64,000 bases of DNA from assembly GCA_022813865.1 (NCBI GenBank), contig JALDZX010000005.1:620001-684000 (forward strand), read 5' to 3'. The notes under the pieces were generated by a model. That model ran no database searches, was not told the origin of the DNA, and was given only the letters and a program-made list of their open reading frames with translations. This DNA comes from Xylographa opegraphella (Eukaryota). How positions within the stretch are numbered: the first letter of the stretch is position 1; every line of letters starts with the position of its first letter. Below are positions 26,590 to 39,649 of the stretch, piece after piece. A program made the translations under genes and the position numbers.

Positions 26590-28566
26590 ATGGCCGAAGC
26601 AGCAGCAGGTCAAATGGCCAACCTTCACCTCGATGAGGTTACCGGTGAGAAGGTCAGGTCCGTAGTTCCATCATGCCTTACCCAGCCTAAATTTGCTGAC
26701 TCCAGTGCAGCAAAAGCGAACTTAAAAAGAGACAGAAACAGCGCCTAGTGGAAAAGAAGAAGGAAGAGAAGGCTTTGGTAGCTCCGCCACGGGTAGAGAA
26801 GCAGATGTCAGTAGAAGAGGAGGAGAACAACCTAACGCCCAATGTGAATGGCCAACAATGCCAGGGCATGTCCTTTGCCCTCCCGGTCTCTCTGCTTACA
26901 GATATCTAGCAATACTTTGAGATCAGATCAGCTAAGGTGAAGAAGCTCCGTGAGAGCAAGCAACCGAATCCATATCCCCACAAGTTCAATGTTACCACAG
27001 ATTTGCGAGAATTTGTCAAGAATTATGACTCGATCAAAACGGGAGAGCACCTCAAGGACGTGGAGATCCGAGTGGGAGGCAGGATATATACGAAAAGAAG
27101 CTCCGGCTCTAAGCTTGTCTTCTACGATATTCGAGCGGAGGGTGTGAAGATGCAGATAATGTGTCAGGCGCAAGAGGCGGTGGGTTCAGTACTGTTCGAG
27201 GAGCAACACGAACATCTTCGAAGAGGAGACATTATAGGCATAGTTGGGTATCCTGGAAGAACTGCACCACGCAACCGACCTGAAGGAGAGCTCTCAATTT
27301 TCGCGCGACAGATCATATTACTCACGCCATGTCTACATCAGATACCGTCCGAGCACTACGGCTTTAAAGATCAGGAGCAAAGATATCGTCAGAGGTATCT
27401 TGATCTTATTATGAATGAAAAGTCGCGGAACGTCTTCGTGGCGCGATCTAAGATGATCACATATATTCGCAAATATTTCGACGAGAAGGACTTCGTTGAG
27501 GTCGAAACCCCACAAATGAATGCGATTGCCGGTGGTGCTACCGCAAAACCTTTTGTTACACATCACAACGACCTGAATATGGATCTCTTCATGCGTGTTG
27601 CCCCAGAGCTCTATCTCAAAATGCTAGTTGTTGGGGGTCTCGAGCGTGTCTACGAAATAGGCCGCCAATTCCGAAACGAAGGTATCGATCTAACACACAA
27701 TCCTGAATTCACCACCTGCGAATTTTACATGGCGTACGCCGACGTTTACGACATCATGGACATGACCGAGGATCTAGTCTCCGGCTTGGTCAAGCACGTC
27801 TCTGGCGGCTACGATACCAAGTTCCACACCCAAACAGGCGAGGAGTACAACGTCAATTGGCAGAAGCCCTGGAAACGTATAGAGATGATACCCGCTCTGG
27901 AAGAAGCCTGCGGCGAGAAATTCCCTCCGGGGGAGCAGTTGCACACCAAAGAGACCAATGAGTTCCTAAAGCGTATGCTCAAGAAGATGAAAGTGGACTG
28001 CTCACCTCCCCAAACTAATGCGCGCATGCTCGATAAGCTTGTCGGCGAGTTTATCGAGGAGAAATGCATCAATCCCACCTTCATCACCGGCCACCCACAG
28101 ATGATGTCTCCCCTGGCCAAGTACCATCGCGACAACCCTGGCCTATGCGAGCGCTTCGAAACCTTCGTCTGCAAAAAAGAAATTGTAAATGCATACACCG
28201 AGCTGAACGACCCTTTCGACCAGCGGCTCCGCTTCGAGGAGCAGGCGAGACAGAAAGACCAGGGAGACGACGAAGCGCAGATGATTGACGAGAACTTCTG
28301 TACGAGTCTAGAGTTTGGGCTACCGCCAACGGGGGGGTTCGGTATGGGTATTGATAGGCTTGTCATGTTTCTAACCGATCATTATTCGATTAAGGAGGTG
28401 CTCGCGTTCCCGTTCATGAAGGAGGAGCTGGGTCAGGGCAAGGACAAGAGACTTGCCGCGGAGGTGGCTGGTGTGCAGGGAGTTCCGGTAGAGGGAATCG
28501 GTGAGTCGACTCTCGGTCATGCTGGGGTAAGGAAGTTGGCTGACGAGCTGTGTAGCGCACAAGTGA
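26590..28566 (+). CDS. KRS1: Cytosolic lysyl-tRNA synthetase (class II), 4 exons
   Basis: [103 protein letters not shown]. Terminal micro-exon (AHK*) ends at 28566. Confidence 0.97.
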
Positions 28567-29319
28567 GTTCTTAAAGATGGATTGATGAGGCCTCTGCCAG
28601 AGTATGGAATTGCCGGGCGGCTAGTAATGCCGATTGCTATGGTATGGAAGTCGCAGAAAAGCATATAGAAACAAGGTCGACAATTGGCTGCCACTGAGCT
28701 ATTGCTCTAGACAATGCGCTGTAAGTCCAACATATACTGTGTCTGAGCCCACGTTGTGTCCGCAGGCTTTCTACAAGGTCAATAGATGATTGCACATGCA
28801 TTGCCTCGCTAATCGTGTATCAACGTCTGAATTTATAAGTTTGCGTAAGCACAAATCCATTCGAGTATCATTCAGGAAGCGCTAGTAGGTGCAGCCAAAT
28901 GACCTCTGGTAGAACACTTCGTTGAAACGGAAGAGCCTATGTATTTAAGCATATTTACCTAGATACTGTCGAGGGTTGCATTCGGAGTACCCAGCGTACC
29001 TCGCTTCTAACGACTCGCGAGATTCGTGACCATTGGGAAAAGGTCTACCATAGATACTGTTGTTTCGTATTTATTTGAAAGCAACATGCTTTGAGCTCCA
29101 TTGATACTTATGTGCTCTCGTAATACATGATTTTACACGCCGTGGGAACAATCCCTCATAGTATATTCTTATAGGCGCGACAACGCGAGTATATGTCATA
29201 GTTTACGGTACCGTTAATTTCAACACTATGTAACGAACTATATAATCTTATGACGCCCCGTGACGAGAGCTCGTCTAGGAGATCCTAGTGCTTTTTAGGT
29301 TAAGAGAACCTCGAGCAAA

Positions 29320-29325
29320 TGACTC
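29320..29325 (+). promoter_or_regulatory. Candidate Gcn4/CpcA (cross-pathway control) site TGACTC upstream of HIS6
   Basis: ATGACTC lies about 70 nt upstream of the HIS6 ATG. Amino-acid biosynthetic genes are classic Gcn4/CpcA targets, but a 6-mer can occur by chance. Confidence 0.35.
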
Positions 29326-29393
29326 CTAGCCGAAAACTCCTTTCCCCATTTTATGTTGATATGCACGAAGAAAGGCTTCACAACTCGGGAAAG

Positions 29394-30299
29394 ATGTCTC
29401 GATGCTCCTTCCGGCCGTGCATCGATCTCCACGCCGGCCAGGTAAAGCAGATCGTTGGTGGTACTCTCAACTCCTCCACGTCCCCTTCTACCACTTCACT
29501 CCAAACAAACCACGTTTCCATCCATGCCCCCTCTTACTTTGCTTCGTTATATAAAAAACACAATCTCCGTGGTGGGCACGTGATCATGCTCGGCCCAGCC
29601 AATGAAGACGCAGCCACGGATGCGTTGCAGGCGTGGCCGGGAGGCTTGCATGTCGGCGGCGGCATCAAGGACACGAACGCGGCGGAGTGGATCGGGCGAG
29701 GGGCGGAGAAGGTCATTGTTACGAGCTACTTGTTCCCCGACGCGAGGTTTTCGATGGAGAGGTTACGGGGTATGCTGGCTGCCTTGGGAGGGGACAGGCG
29801 GAAACTGGTCGTCGATCTGAGTTGTCGTCGGCAGCGGTGCGAGGACGGAGGGGTGAAGTGGCTTGTGGCTATGGATAAGTGGCAGCGCTTAACGGACATG
29901 GAGGTCAATGCTGGTGGAGAGCCCTTTTGAACTCCTCGGCTGCCTTGTTGCTTGTGAGGTAGCATAATAGATCAAAGTATTGCTAATAACCCTACAGATA
30001 CCATAGTTGCCCTGGAGCCCTACTGCTCCGAGTTCCTGATCCACGCGGCCGATATGGAGGGCCTGCAGAAGGGTATCGACCAGGACCTCGTTCGGAAGCT
30101 CGGCGAGTGGTGCTCGATCCCCGTCACCTATGCGGGGGGTGGCAGCTCAATCAGCGATCTGGAGCTCGTAGAGCAAGTTGCGAACGGCTGCGTCGATTTG
30201 ACTATTGGGAGTGCGCTGGATATCTTTGGTGGGTCGGGCGTCACGCTTGAGGAGTGCGTGGAGTGGAACCAACGAGGCTCGCCCCAGACTTCTGCATGA
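29394..30299 (+). CDS. HIS6: Phosphoribosylformimino-5-aminoimidazole carboxamide ribotide isomerase (histidine biosynthesis), 2 exons
   Basis: [87 protein letters not shown]. Intron about 29914-29997. Confidence 0.95.
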
Positions 30300-31214
30300 C
30301 CATCACGGGAGTGGGGAGAATTGCGTCGTGGGATCAGAGGTTAGAGAGATCACAATCTCCGTCTCCGAAGGGAAGCTGTTACTAGTATCCATTCTGGCTT
30401 ATGCACCTAATAGGTAAAATACATAAATCTTGTTGAGCATCTCGACAACTCACACCCCCGCCAGTCAGCCATAATGAGTTTCCGAATCCAGACGCAGCTT
30501 TATAGATACCGCTTCCGAACTAAGAAATGAGCTTTGCGGCACCCGCCATCTCGAACCCAGACGGAAGGGAAAGATTCATCTCGATACCTTGGCCGTCATT
30601 CTGCCTTGATCGGCATGGGCGTCCCAGACTCCTAGTGGCCACTGGCTTCAATGTGTTCCGTACCGGAAGAAAACCGACTGGAAGATCTCGGGTCTTTCCA
30701 TCGAGCACCACGCACACTGGCAGTAACTACTTCGACGGCGATCACATACACCGGCCATAACTACTCCGTAAGTGTGACAACGTAGACGATGCAGTCCCAG
30801 CTAATCGAGCGAGCTGACACCTTCAAAGTGTATGTTTATCCAGATTTCAATAATAAATCGAGAATACGGTGGGGACGCGCAAGCCGTGGTATCATTGATA
30901 TAGGAACGATCCAGCGCATGTTTTAGATGGTAAATGGGCGAAAGAGTTCGCCAGAGGAAGTTCATAGGTAGTGTGGTTAGCTATGGCAGAGAGCTGTGCT
31001 TAGAACTAGCCGAGCCGTGTCCAATCAGATATAATTATATCTAAGTAAATTGACATATACAAACTCGCCCATCTCGCTGATCTTCACTCGTACTGAAAAA
31101 CCAGCCATGAAAGAAGCGACTCCTTCCCTCCTTCCATACCCTGCAAACAGCATTTCACGCCCTCCCTATACACCACCATCCCAAAAGCGACAGCTCCCTC
31201 CACCCCACCGCTTC

Positions 31215-34200
31215 TCACCCCCCTCCACTAATCACCCTCACATGACTCAACTCCACATCGACACTATTCCTCAGCACATGATGGCTCACCCAGAAGCTAG
31301 CCGTATTAGTCGCCCCAGCATCGGGCGGATTGCGCACCCACTCGAAACTCTTCCGCCCGTCCTCGAACAAGGTGACCAGGCCCGGGCTCACGAGGATCAT
31401 GACGACGACGTAGGGCCCGCCGACGCGCAGGTTCGTCCAGGAGGAGAGGCCGACAAACTCCCAGCCGTCGTAGAACGTCCACTTGGGATTCGGGTCGGGC
31501 AGGATGCGGAAGATGAGGCCGGCGATGATAGCGACCTTGGACTCGTACTGCCCCGACGCGTTGATGCGGAAGCGGTACTGCACCGCGCAGGTGGGGGGCA
31601 GGGGAGCGCTGAGGTTGGTGACGGCGGTGTAGTTATCGCTGGGAGTAAGGTGTTAGTGGGAATTGGAGGAGGGTAGAAGAGGGGGGAGGGATAGGGGAAG
31701 CACGTACACTGTGAGGGAAGGAGTATAGAAGCGCAGGGAGTCGGCGGTGTATGTTGCGGGTATAGCGCCGGTACTGTTGGCGATGTGGAAGAAAGCGGTG
31801 TTGGCTTGCTGGTTGAATTGGTTCAAAATCACCTCCGAAGCCTGGGACCTGAGTTCTGGGAAGTCGCTTTGCAGATGGAAAGCAACGGGGCAGGTGCGGA
31901 AGCCCTTGAGGTCACCGTCGAACACACCCTCACGTTCCCAGACGGTGCAAGAGAGATCGAAAGCGCCGGCGGTATTGATGGCGGTGGGCACCATAGAGAC
32001 GACCTGTTTGCCATCTTCGTAGATGAAAATATTGGTAGGTGTCACGTGGAAGAGGATGTCGTGCCAGACGCCATTCGCGGTAATGGCAGAGACCGTTTGA
32101 GTTTGCCAGTTGCCATTGTTCCAGAGGCACCAATTGACGACGTTGAGGTTGTATCTTAGAGCCAGATTATAATTGGGTTGGGGATTCGTGATGGAGGGGG
32201 CAAGAAACTCGGCGAGGGTGGTGGCTGTCAGAGTATTCCAGCGCATGCTGTAGGCTAAAGTAAACCCTTTGCCTATATCGATCGAGGGGAGACTCCAGCC
32301 CATATTAGCGAACTGACCCCGACCGCTATTCGCGTCGCTCTTGAGTATCTTGAGCATGCCGTTCTGCACACTAAGTTGGATGCCGGTGGTAGATCCTGAA
32401 ATAGAAAACTCTTGCGCTGGTGTACCGGGAGTGTACGAAGTAAGTTGGTTCGAAGCATCGTTAACAACAAGGTTGTAGTGATCGCCACTGGTCGGCTGTA
32501 CTGTATGCCCATTGAACGTTATATAGACTGGCCAAGTGCCACCGACCTGGGCCACGACGTTCACATTGAACTCTCCCAAAACAGTTGAGTCAACCGAGGT
32601 CTGAAATTGTGGTGTTCCGCCACTAACACTACCAACTGATGTCACGACCAGCTGAGTGACTTGCAAGGGTTCCGGTGGCGAGATGAGCACAGAGAACGAC
32701 CCAGCAATGGCCGGCGACTTCTTCGCCGCCCCAAACCAGTCGAGCCCTTGAACAGTGACTGTTGACGCTGGTTGCGTGTTCGTGACTACCACTGGAAGTG
32801 GAGAGCCGCATATTGGAAGAAAATTTGACAGCAGGCGGAGCCGGTATGCCCCCAAGGGGAGTGATGATAGCAAAGTATACTTAGCATTAGTCCGACCTAC
32901 CTGGCTGGCGTCGGCTGCGAACTGCACATCAACAAAATCCAGCGAAGAGGATATCTGAGGGTATACGATCGCAGACTTTATCATTGCAGTATCGTTGGCT
33001 GCCACTCCGAGCTTTTTTGCCTGAAGCACAAAATCGGCTTCGAACGTTAGTCCCGCTGCTCCAATTCCTAAGCCACTCGCACTGTAGTCGAAGTCTGCCA
33101 TCGGCAGCGTAAATGGCGAGCCTTTGATTTGCGTGGCAGCTATGGTAACGTTCATAGTAAAGGTTGTGCTGGGTGGTTGAGGTTGCGGTACATAAGTGAT
33201 AGTATACGATCCGTCCTGATTGTCTGTCACATTTAGAAGCAAGAAAGGCCAGTTCTGGACACCAGTAATGCTGGAGCTTGCCATTACTCTATCTCCACCA
33301 ATCCATTTCCGATTATTGTTGGCGTCTACCGCAAGGACAGTCAGAGTCGAAACATTGTTAAGGGCATAAGAGTCCCAGTTCGCGACTGAATTTGCTGCTA
33401 CAGTTGGGCTTGTAGGTCTGATAACGAAGGGACTTTCCGATATCTCAGTCGTACCAACAGTTATTCTGATGAGATCAGATGTGACGGTAGAGGCGGGAGT
33501 GGTGTACGAGACTCGCAGTCCTTGACCTCGAAGTACTTTCGTAATGTTTGTGCCATGTTTCATGGAGATCGAAATTTGGTCCAGACTTGGCAGACCGGTC
33601 GTGATGACATTACCGTACTGATCCAATGCTACTATATCAAAATGTGAGACTGTAGATGGTGTTGAACTTAGGGAGAGTCCTGGGCCGTATAACTTCGCTT
33701 TTGTTGGTACTGGTGCTGCAGCGACTGTAAATGATATCGGACTTCCATTTATGTTGACAGAGTCATCAGTTGCAGAAGTCGCCTTGATCTGGAAATCTCC
33801 AGCACTATCGATATTCAACTGGACGAAAGACGTGCCATCACCATGATCTGTAAGATTCAATATCTGAGCAATACCGCCGACTTTTTGAAGAGTTAACTTG
33901 AAGCTACCAGCAGTGGCGGTGTCCATCCATAATCCTCCAGACGTATCCTTTGCAGTGATGAAAACCTTTCCCTGGAGACTTGGCGAAGATCCAGCATAAT
34001 ACGGCGGTGCAGACATAGAGAGCGTAGACAACGGGACAGACATAGTCATGACATTTGGTCCAGAGGTAAGGAAGATAGGACATTCTGGTAGCGAAGCATC
34101 GTTTATGAAAATTTTTATAGAATAGGTGACACTCGTTGAGGTAGTCGGTCGTATGTAGGTGACAATGTAGTGGTCAGCTGTTGTTCCAGCAGACGAAGCT

Positions 34201-37200
34201 ATTGCAGAGCTCGTCCCGCCCGTAACCAGCAGTGATGCCTAAGAGATTATTAGAGATACATTTCAAAGACAAGATTTTTGAATATAGCTTAACACACTCT
34301 GCAAGTAACGCCATTCATAAATGGTTGTCCCATCTGATCTTTGATGTAGACATCGAAAGTAGCAGTTGTTCCTTCTTTACCAGAGCATAGTCCCAGTCCT
34401 CCGGCTATAGATTTAGTTACATCTGGCATGAGAACTGTGGTGAATGATCCAGGAGACTGAGTAATACTAGTAGAGGTGCTTGCTAATTTGGCTGTCATCT
34501 GGTACGATGTACCAACAGATTGGGGCAACAAGAACCCTACCCGTATGTTGTCATTGTAGTATGTAAATGTTGGGACACCAGGTATGACCGGGCTGAAGGT
34601 AACGTCGAATGCATCTCGGTCATTGATGCCAAGACGAGCGTTATTGAAATTGTCTTTTGGCCAGATGGTTGCGTAGTTGACTACACCGGCGAGTAGATTT
34701 GCGGATACATCCAAGACCGAATTCGCCGAAAGCGTACTGCTTGTACTAGTCACAGTGCAGTTTATGTCTGCCGTGTAGCTCACAGCGGGAGGTCCTGCAG
34801 CATTGTATGTTATGTGTATTGTGTATTCTCCAGCTTGTCCGGGGCGTGAATACAAGCCAGAATAGCCACCGCGGCCAATACCAGTGAAAGTCGAAATTGT
34901 ACTTAGAGTGACCGATGCCTTTTGAATACTCACCACGAGATTTGCTGGATTGATGGGCAGCGGCTGCCGGTTTGTTTTCTTTGGATATATAAGAATTTCC
35001 ACACTTTCGGACGCTATTCCGTTTGATAGACCTGTACCTCCTATAACCCACGTCCCTGTAGTAGAGTCAGGACTGCTGTTCTCATTGCTGTTGTCATTCT
35101 GATCGCTGTCGTTAGTAGATACACTATCAGAATCGTCGTCGGAGTCGTGGTCATAGCCAAACACTTTCTTCACTGCATTCCATACGGCACTTATCCCTTG
35201 ACCGAGGGCAACAAGCTACACAGAACGATTAGTATATTTCACACTGGAGGTCGGCAGCCAGTATTGAGCAATTTTTGGGCAACATACACTGACTCCAACG
35301 GCTAGCGCCTCGCCAAGGCCAACAATGTCTAGTATAATCAAGCATAGCTTTTCGAGGTCTGATACGAATTCCAACAATTTCTTACACATACGATATACTT
35401 CTCCTATATCAATACCCCATATTCTCAAGGGTCCATCAGGTAACTCGTAGCTCACGGGAATGGTAATACCGAAAACTACAGCATCCCCTTCCAATATGCC
35501 TTCTGCGGCTAGTTGTACCGTTGCCCGGCTCACGGACAAGGTCATTGTCGGCTTCCGTATTTTTGCAATTGTAGGGGCGAAAGAGGTCAGAACCAGTTCG
35601 TCCAAGACTGTGGTGAATGAGCCACGCCCAAGAGAGTAGTTCATCGAGAAGGATAACTGGTCGCATGTCGGCCAGAATGTTCCAGGAAGAGAGAAACGAC
35701 CAGCAGTTGCAGCGTAAACAGCATCGACAAAACTGCAGTGATCAAGTATAAGGTCACACCGCAGTACGCTTGCTTTCGCAGTCATGTGCATGGCTATAGC
35801 TCCAGGAGAACCTCTGGGGCGTTGATAAGTGAGCGATCCATTTAGGATAGCGTTCAATGATGGTGTGCTAGAAATGTTGCTCAAATTTAATTCCATGTTG
35901 ATACCGGTCAACACAAGGGTTGGATCAACGATTTTCCATTGGAATCCTGGAGTGGTTCCTACAGTGACTATCAAAGTCTCTGGCCTATAGTCACCATTCA
36001 CATTACTGAATGTGATCTCCGCTGTCCCGATCAGGCCTGACGCATACCCTGCAAGACCCGTACCCGAAGTTAAGCTTGGAGGTTCTAACGAAGGATTGTT
36101 CAGGCCACCTGCAACAAATTTAGCAAACAACGGACTGACCCCAGACCCTACAAGGCCTGATATCACCAATATATTGGCTTCAGCGTTGAAGACTGCCTCT
36201 AGACCTACAACGGCAGTCCCGATAGTGGTTATACCCCTGAAAACAGCCGACGGCTTTGATTGAGTATCATACTTGGCGATGAGCTGCACATTCGTAATGG
36301 ACAGTTGACGAGTACCATCACCCACTATCCACGACTGGGTACTGATAGCATTGAATCCTAGGTCAACTTTGCGCAAGGTCCAGGGAGCATCTCCAGTTGC
36401 TGGTTGGCAATAGATATCGAGAACCAAAGATGCAGTCGAATTGGTCAAGTTAACAGGGCATCCACTAGGTATGGTAATAGTGGCCGATTCACCGGTCCCC
36501 AGTAAAGTGGAAATGAGTATTGAAGCACTGACTGCGTCGCTCGTGCTGACATTGAGAGTGATCTTTAGCCAGCCAACTCTGGCTGGGTCGTCACTCGCAG
36601 CCAAAAGCTTGATAACTGCATTGAGGTTGATGTTGGTGCCAATCTGAACAATACCAGTCGCCTGCAGCGTATACTGTCGTCCGGTCTCGGAGAGAGGATT
36701 AGCTATTGCCAATTCTAAAGATGCCTTTACCAGTGTGATCTTCGAAGAAAGAATGATCCAACTACTCGTTTGGGAATTTATACTGAAGGACAGGTTGGAC
36801 AGGGAGTATGCTGTTGTAGAAGCTGTTCTGGAAACCTTAGCAGAACATCGTAAAGTGGGCCCGGGTGAATTGACTAGGTCAGCTGGCTGGATCGGATAAG
36901 CGGCTTTTGTAACGCAGAATGGTCAGCCTTTGAAATGAATGAACGCTGAAGCTGAACCAATGAAAGAATACAAATCCATACCTGGCAGTTTCCCGCTCAA
37001 ATCTGATACGTTAATTGAGTTACCTCCGAACTGCGAAAAGCGACTGACAATCGATGGCGGCACAACAACTGTTGTCACAGCCGCGACTTTGGGTTTGACC
37101 TCAACATCCAGAGTATACTCCATCGGCGAATTCTGGTTTCTCTCGATTCTGGCTTTGAAAGCCAGCACATAGGTAACGTTTTGTAAGATGGTCTCACATT

Positions 37201-39649
37201 TACCGGAAAGTTCCGTCCAACCGGAGAATGGATCCGTAGTAGCAGCCTTTCTCATATACACCTGGAGGGTAATGCCAGTAGTCAATACTACACCGCTATA
37301 CACATTCCATTGGCCGCTCACAGCAAGGCTCAATGCCAATATGGACATAAACAGTGAACTAGACGATGTGGGACTGCGAGTGAATTGAGCGCGGAGTTGA
37401 ACTTGGGCTGAAGCTAAAGCACTAGAGACAGTGGTAGGGAACTCCGGCAATCCCCACTGATCTGTTGGAATCACACGACCAAGGAAAGCAGTGTTCTGTA
37501 GCACGGTATTAGAAACCAGACCTAGCCGGCTACCTGGCTCTGTATATATGCTAAGGCCTGCCCAAAATGTAGTGGTGGGATCTGATGTGGGCGTGTTTGT
37601 GGCATACATACTGCTCCCGGCCACGAAAATATAGAGCTTCGCCAGGCCAGTAATTTGTAAAGTGCCATAAACATAGCCAGTAATAGTTTTTGCGCCGACA
37701 TTCGAGCTCTGTGGGTTAGTTAGATCGAACATGATTCCCATTTGGGTTATATTCAATGCAGAAGTTATTGCCCAAACCCCGTCAAATTTTGACGTGATCG
37801 TCAGTCTACTGAGTGTATCACCATGGTAAGTCAGCCAGACAGATCGATTTGTGCCCGTTGTGGTATCGCTGACCAATGATAGACTCAGGGGAGACTGTGT
37901 AGGCGCCGGCTTAGTTGCAGCCACGTCCACGAGGTTTACAGGGGTCGCACCGGGCGCAGCGAAAATAACATCCGATGCAAGAGCATTCAATGGTGGGCAA
38001 TGGTCGTGTAGAACATTCGCAAATAGCCTCAGAAAGGGTGAAGTCGCGGTATTATTATATGCAATCTCCACCAAGACTGGAAACTGGTTATTGTATAATG
38101 CGAAAGTCCCATGGATGCGGCCATCACAAGTCCAGGATGTCGTCGTAGTTGTAACGGTAGTCGTTAAGGCGTGAACATCGTTGTCCTGAGACTCCAACTT
38201 CGACTTGTCGTGCAACAGCAGTGAGACAGGCGAACTCTTCGCAGTATGTATTCCAGGTACGGTCATCGTAGTGGATAGTTCTGTATCATGGCGAGTTGCT
38301 GATAAGCTTAAACGTATATTACCTACCTCGATCTTGAGCGATTCGTTGTTGCCGAACGCAGGGCTAGTCCAGACCACTCCAGGTAGGAAAATGTGCACAT
38401 TCACGTTAGCTATGTACCAGGTTGCTCCTGCTGCTGAACCTTTCTGTAGCACTATAGAAGCCGACGTTGGCGCCCCACCGTCCCCATATCCGTCAAGATA
38501 ATACGAATAGTATTTCATTGATGGGGGGAGCTTGGATATGAGGGTACTGGCACTGGATGTTGAAGTTGATGGAACAAGCGCGTCTATGAACGCCTTGCTG
38601 CTTAAGCCTTGTTCGGCATCGGCGCCTATTCGAAGTGTGAGTGTCGAAGCTTGGGCGGTGGTGAAGTGACAAGTCACTTGGAGATGTATTGGATCCGCCT
38701 TGCCTATATTGATTTCCAGGGAGCCGCCAACGTGAATATCATATGTCCACGCCGCATCAGCCGTGGTTCGTTGTATTTGCGCAAGCACAGAAAGTCCGGT
38801 AAGCGTAAGGTTGGCGACCGGGGCCCAATCAATGCCTGCTTCAAACGAGAAGCCGACACGCTCCAAGAAATACACACCGGCGGAAGTACGATGAACTTGG
38901 AAATCAGCACTAGTGACAAGACTGGCCTCATCCGTGAGACTGGATTTAATGTTTCCATCTAATACAGCCGTCAGAGTATCATAGGTAACACCACTGGATG
39001 ATCCGAGCGCGGTCGTAATACCAGCGACAAAGTCGGCGCCAACGATCTCATCTAATGGATTCGCAAGGCTGAAGTTGAAGGTGAAGACTGTGTCATTGGA
39101 GGACTGAATCTCAGGTAGATCAGCACTGACATTGAATACTATATTCTTTATTGTGCAGGTCGCACTAAGCTGAATAGAGATTGAGAGATCGGCTGCAAGT
39201 AGCAGTCAGCATTCGGTCGAGTTAGGGGACGTCCTGGTACATAGGATGGGTAGTAAAATGGATACAGTACAGGCATCATCCGAATCGCCTTCGAAGTTTA
39301 TTGCAATCCAAGCATCATCTAAACTGAGGCCGGTCACAATGCTCCATGAGCCGACGAGATAGACAGTCAAGGAGCCTTGGTATTGGTATGCAAGAGTGGC
39401 TGAAGGTTTTGGCGCCGGTACTGGATTTGGGGTGGGCAGGTAAGGAAACGCAACATAGGCTCGAGTGTCATCCAGTACGGTAGCAACCGCCGTGCTTAAC
39501 GCGCGGACATCTGCATCACCAGCGGCATTACCTAGGGTAAACGTGGGAATCCCATCGCGTACTCCCAGAGGCTTCAATCTAGGAGACTCTGAGGCGAAAT
39601 TAGAATTGTCCTCGAAAGGTTTGTCAATGAAATCAGGCTCTTGTGCCAT
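31215..39649 (-). CDS. Giant protein of about 2,690 aa: Trp-anchored beta-rich repeats, amphipathic/hydrophobic helical segment, acidic linker, filamin/Ig-like repeats, two ConA/LamG-like domains; 6 exons
   Basis: Five GT-AG introns (39193-39270, 36904-36981, 35216-35293, 34239-34297, 31639-31707) join the minus-strand ORFs in phase, giving 8073 nt = 2691 codons including the stop. Filamin-type motifs include AKLYGPGL..FDIVALDQYGN, VTDNQDGSYTITYVP..IKGSPF and SIAGGLGL..ATFDVYIKDQMG. Lectin-like segment: ITANGVWHDILFHVTPTNIFIYEDGKQV. Confidence 0.8.

Noticed and set aside
31050..31676. 208-aa plus-strand ORF
   Set aside because: Antisense to the final exon of the giant gene, which splices in frame and resembles the preceding lectin-like domain.
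31215..39649. Reading the minus-strand ORFs as separate genes or a frameshifted pseudogene
   Set aside because: Each break is bridged by a 59-78 nt GT-AG intron with a branch-like sequence and matching phase, and the total CDS length is divisible by three.
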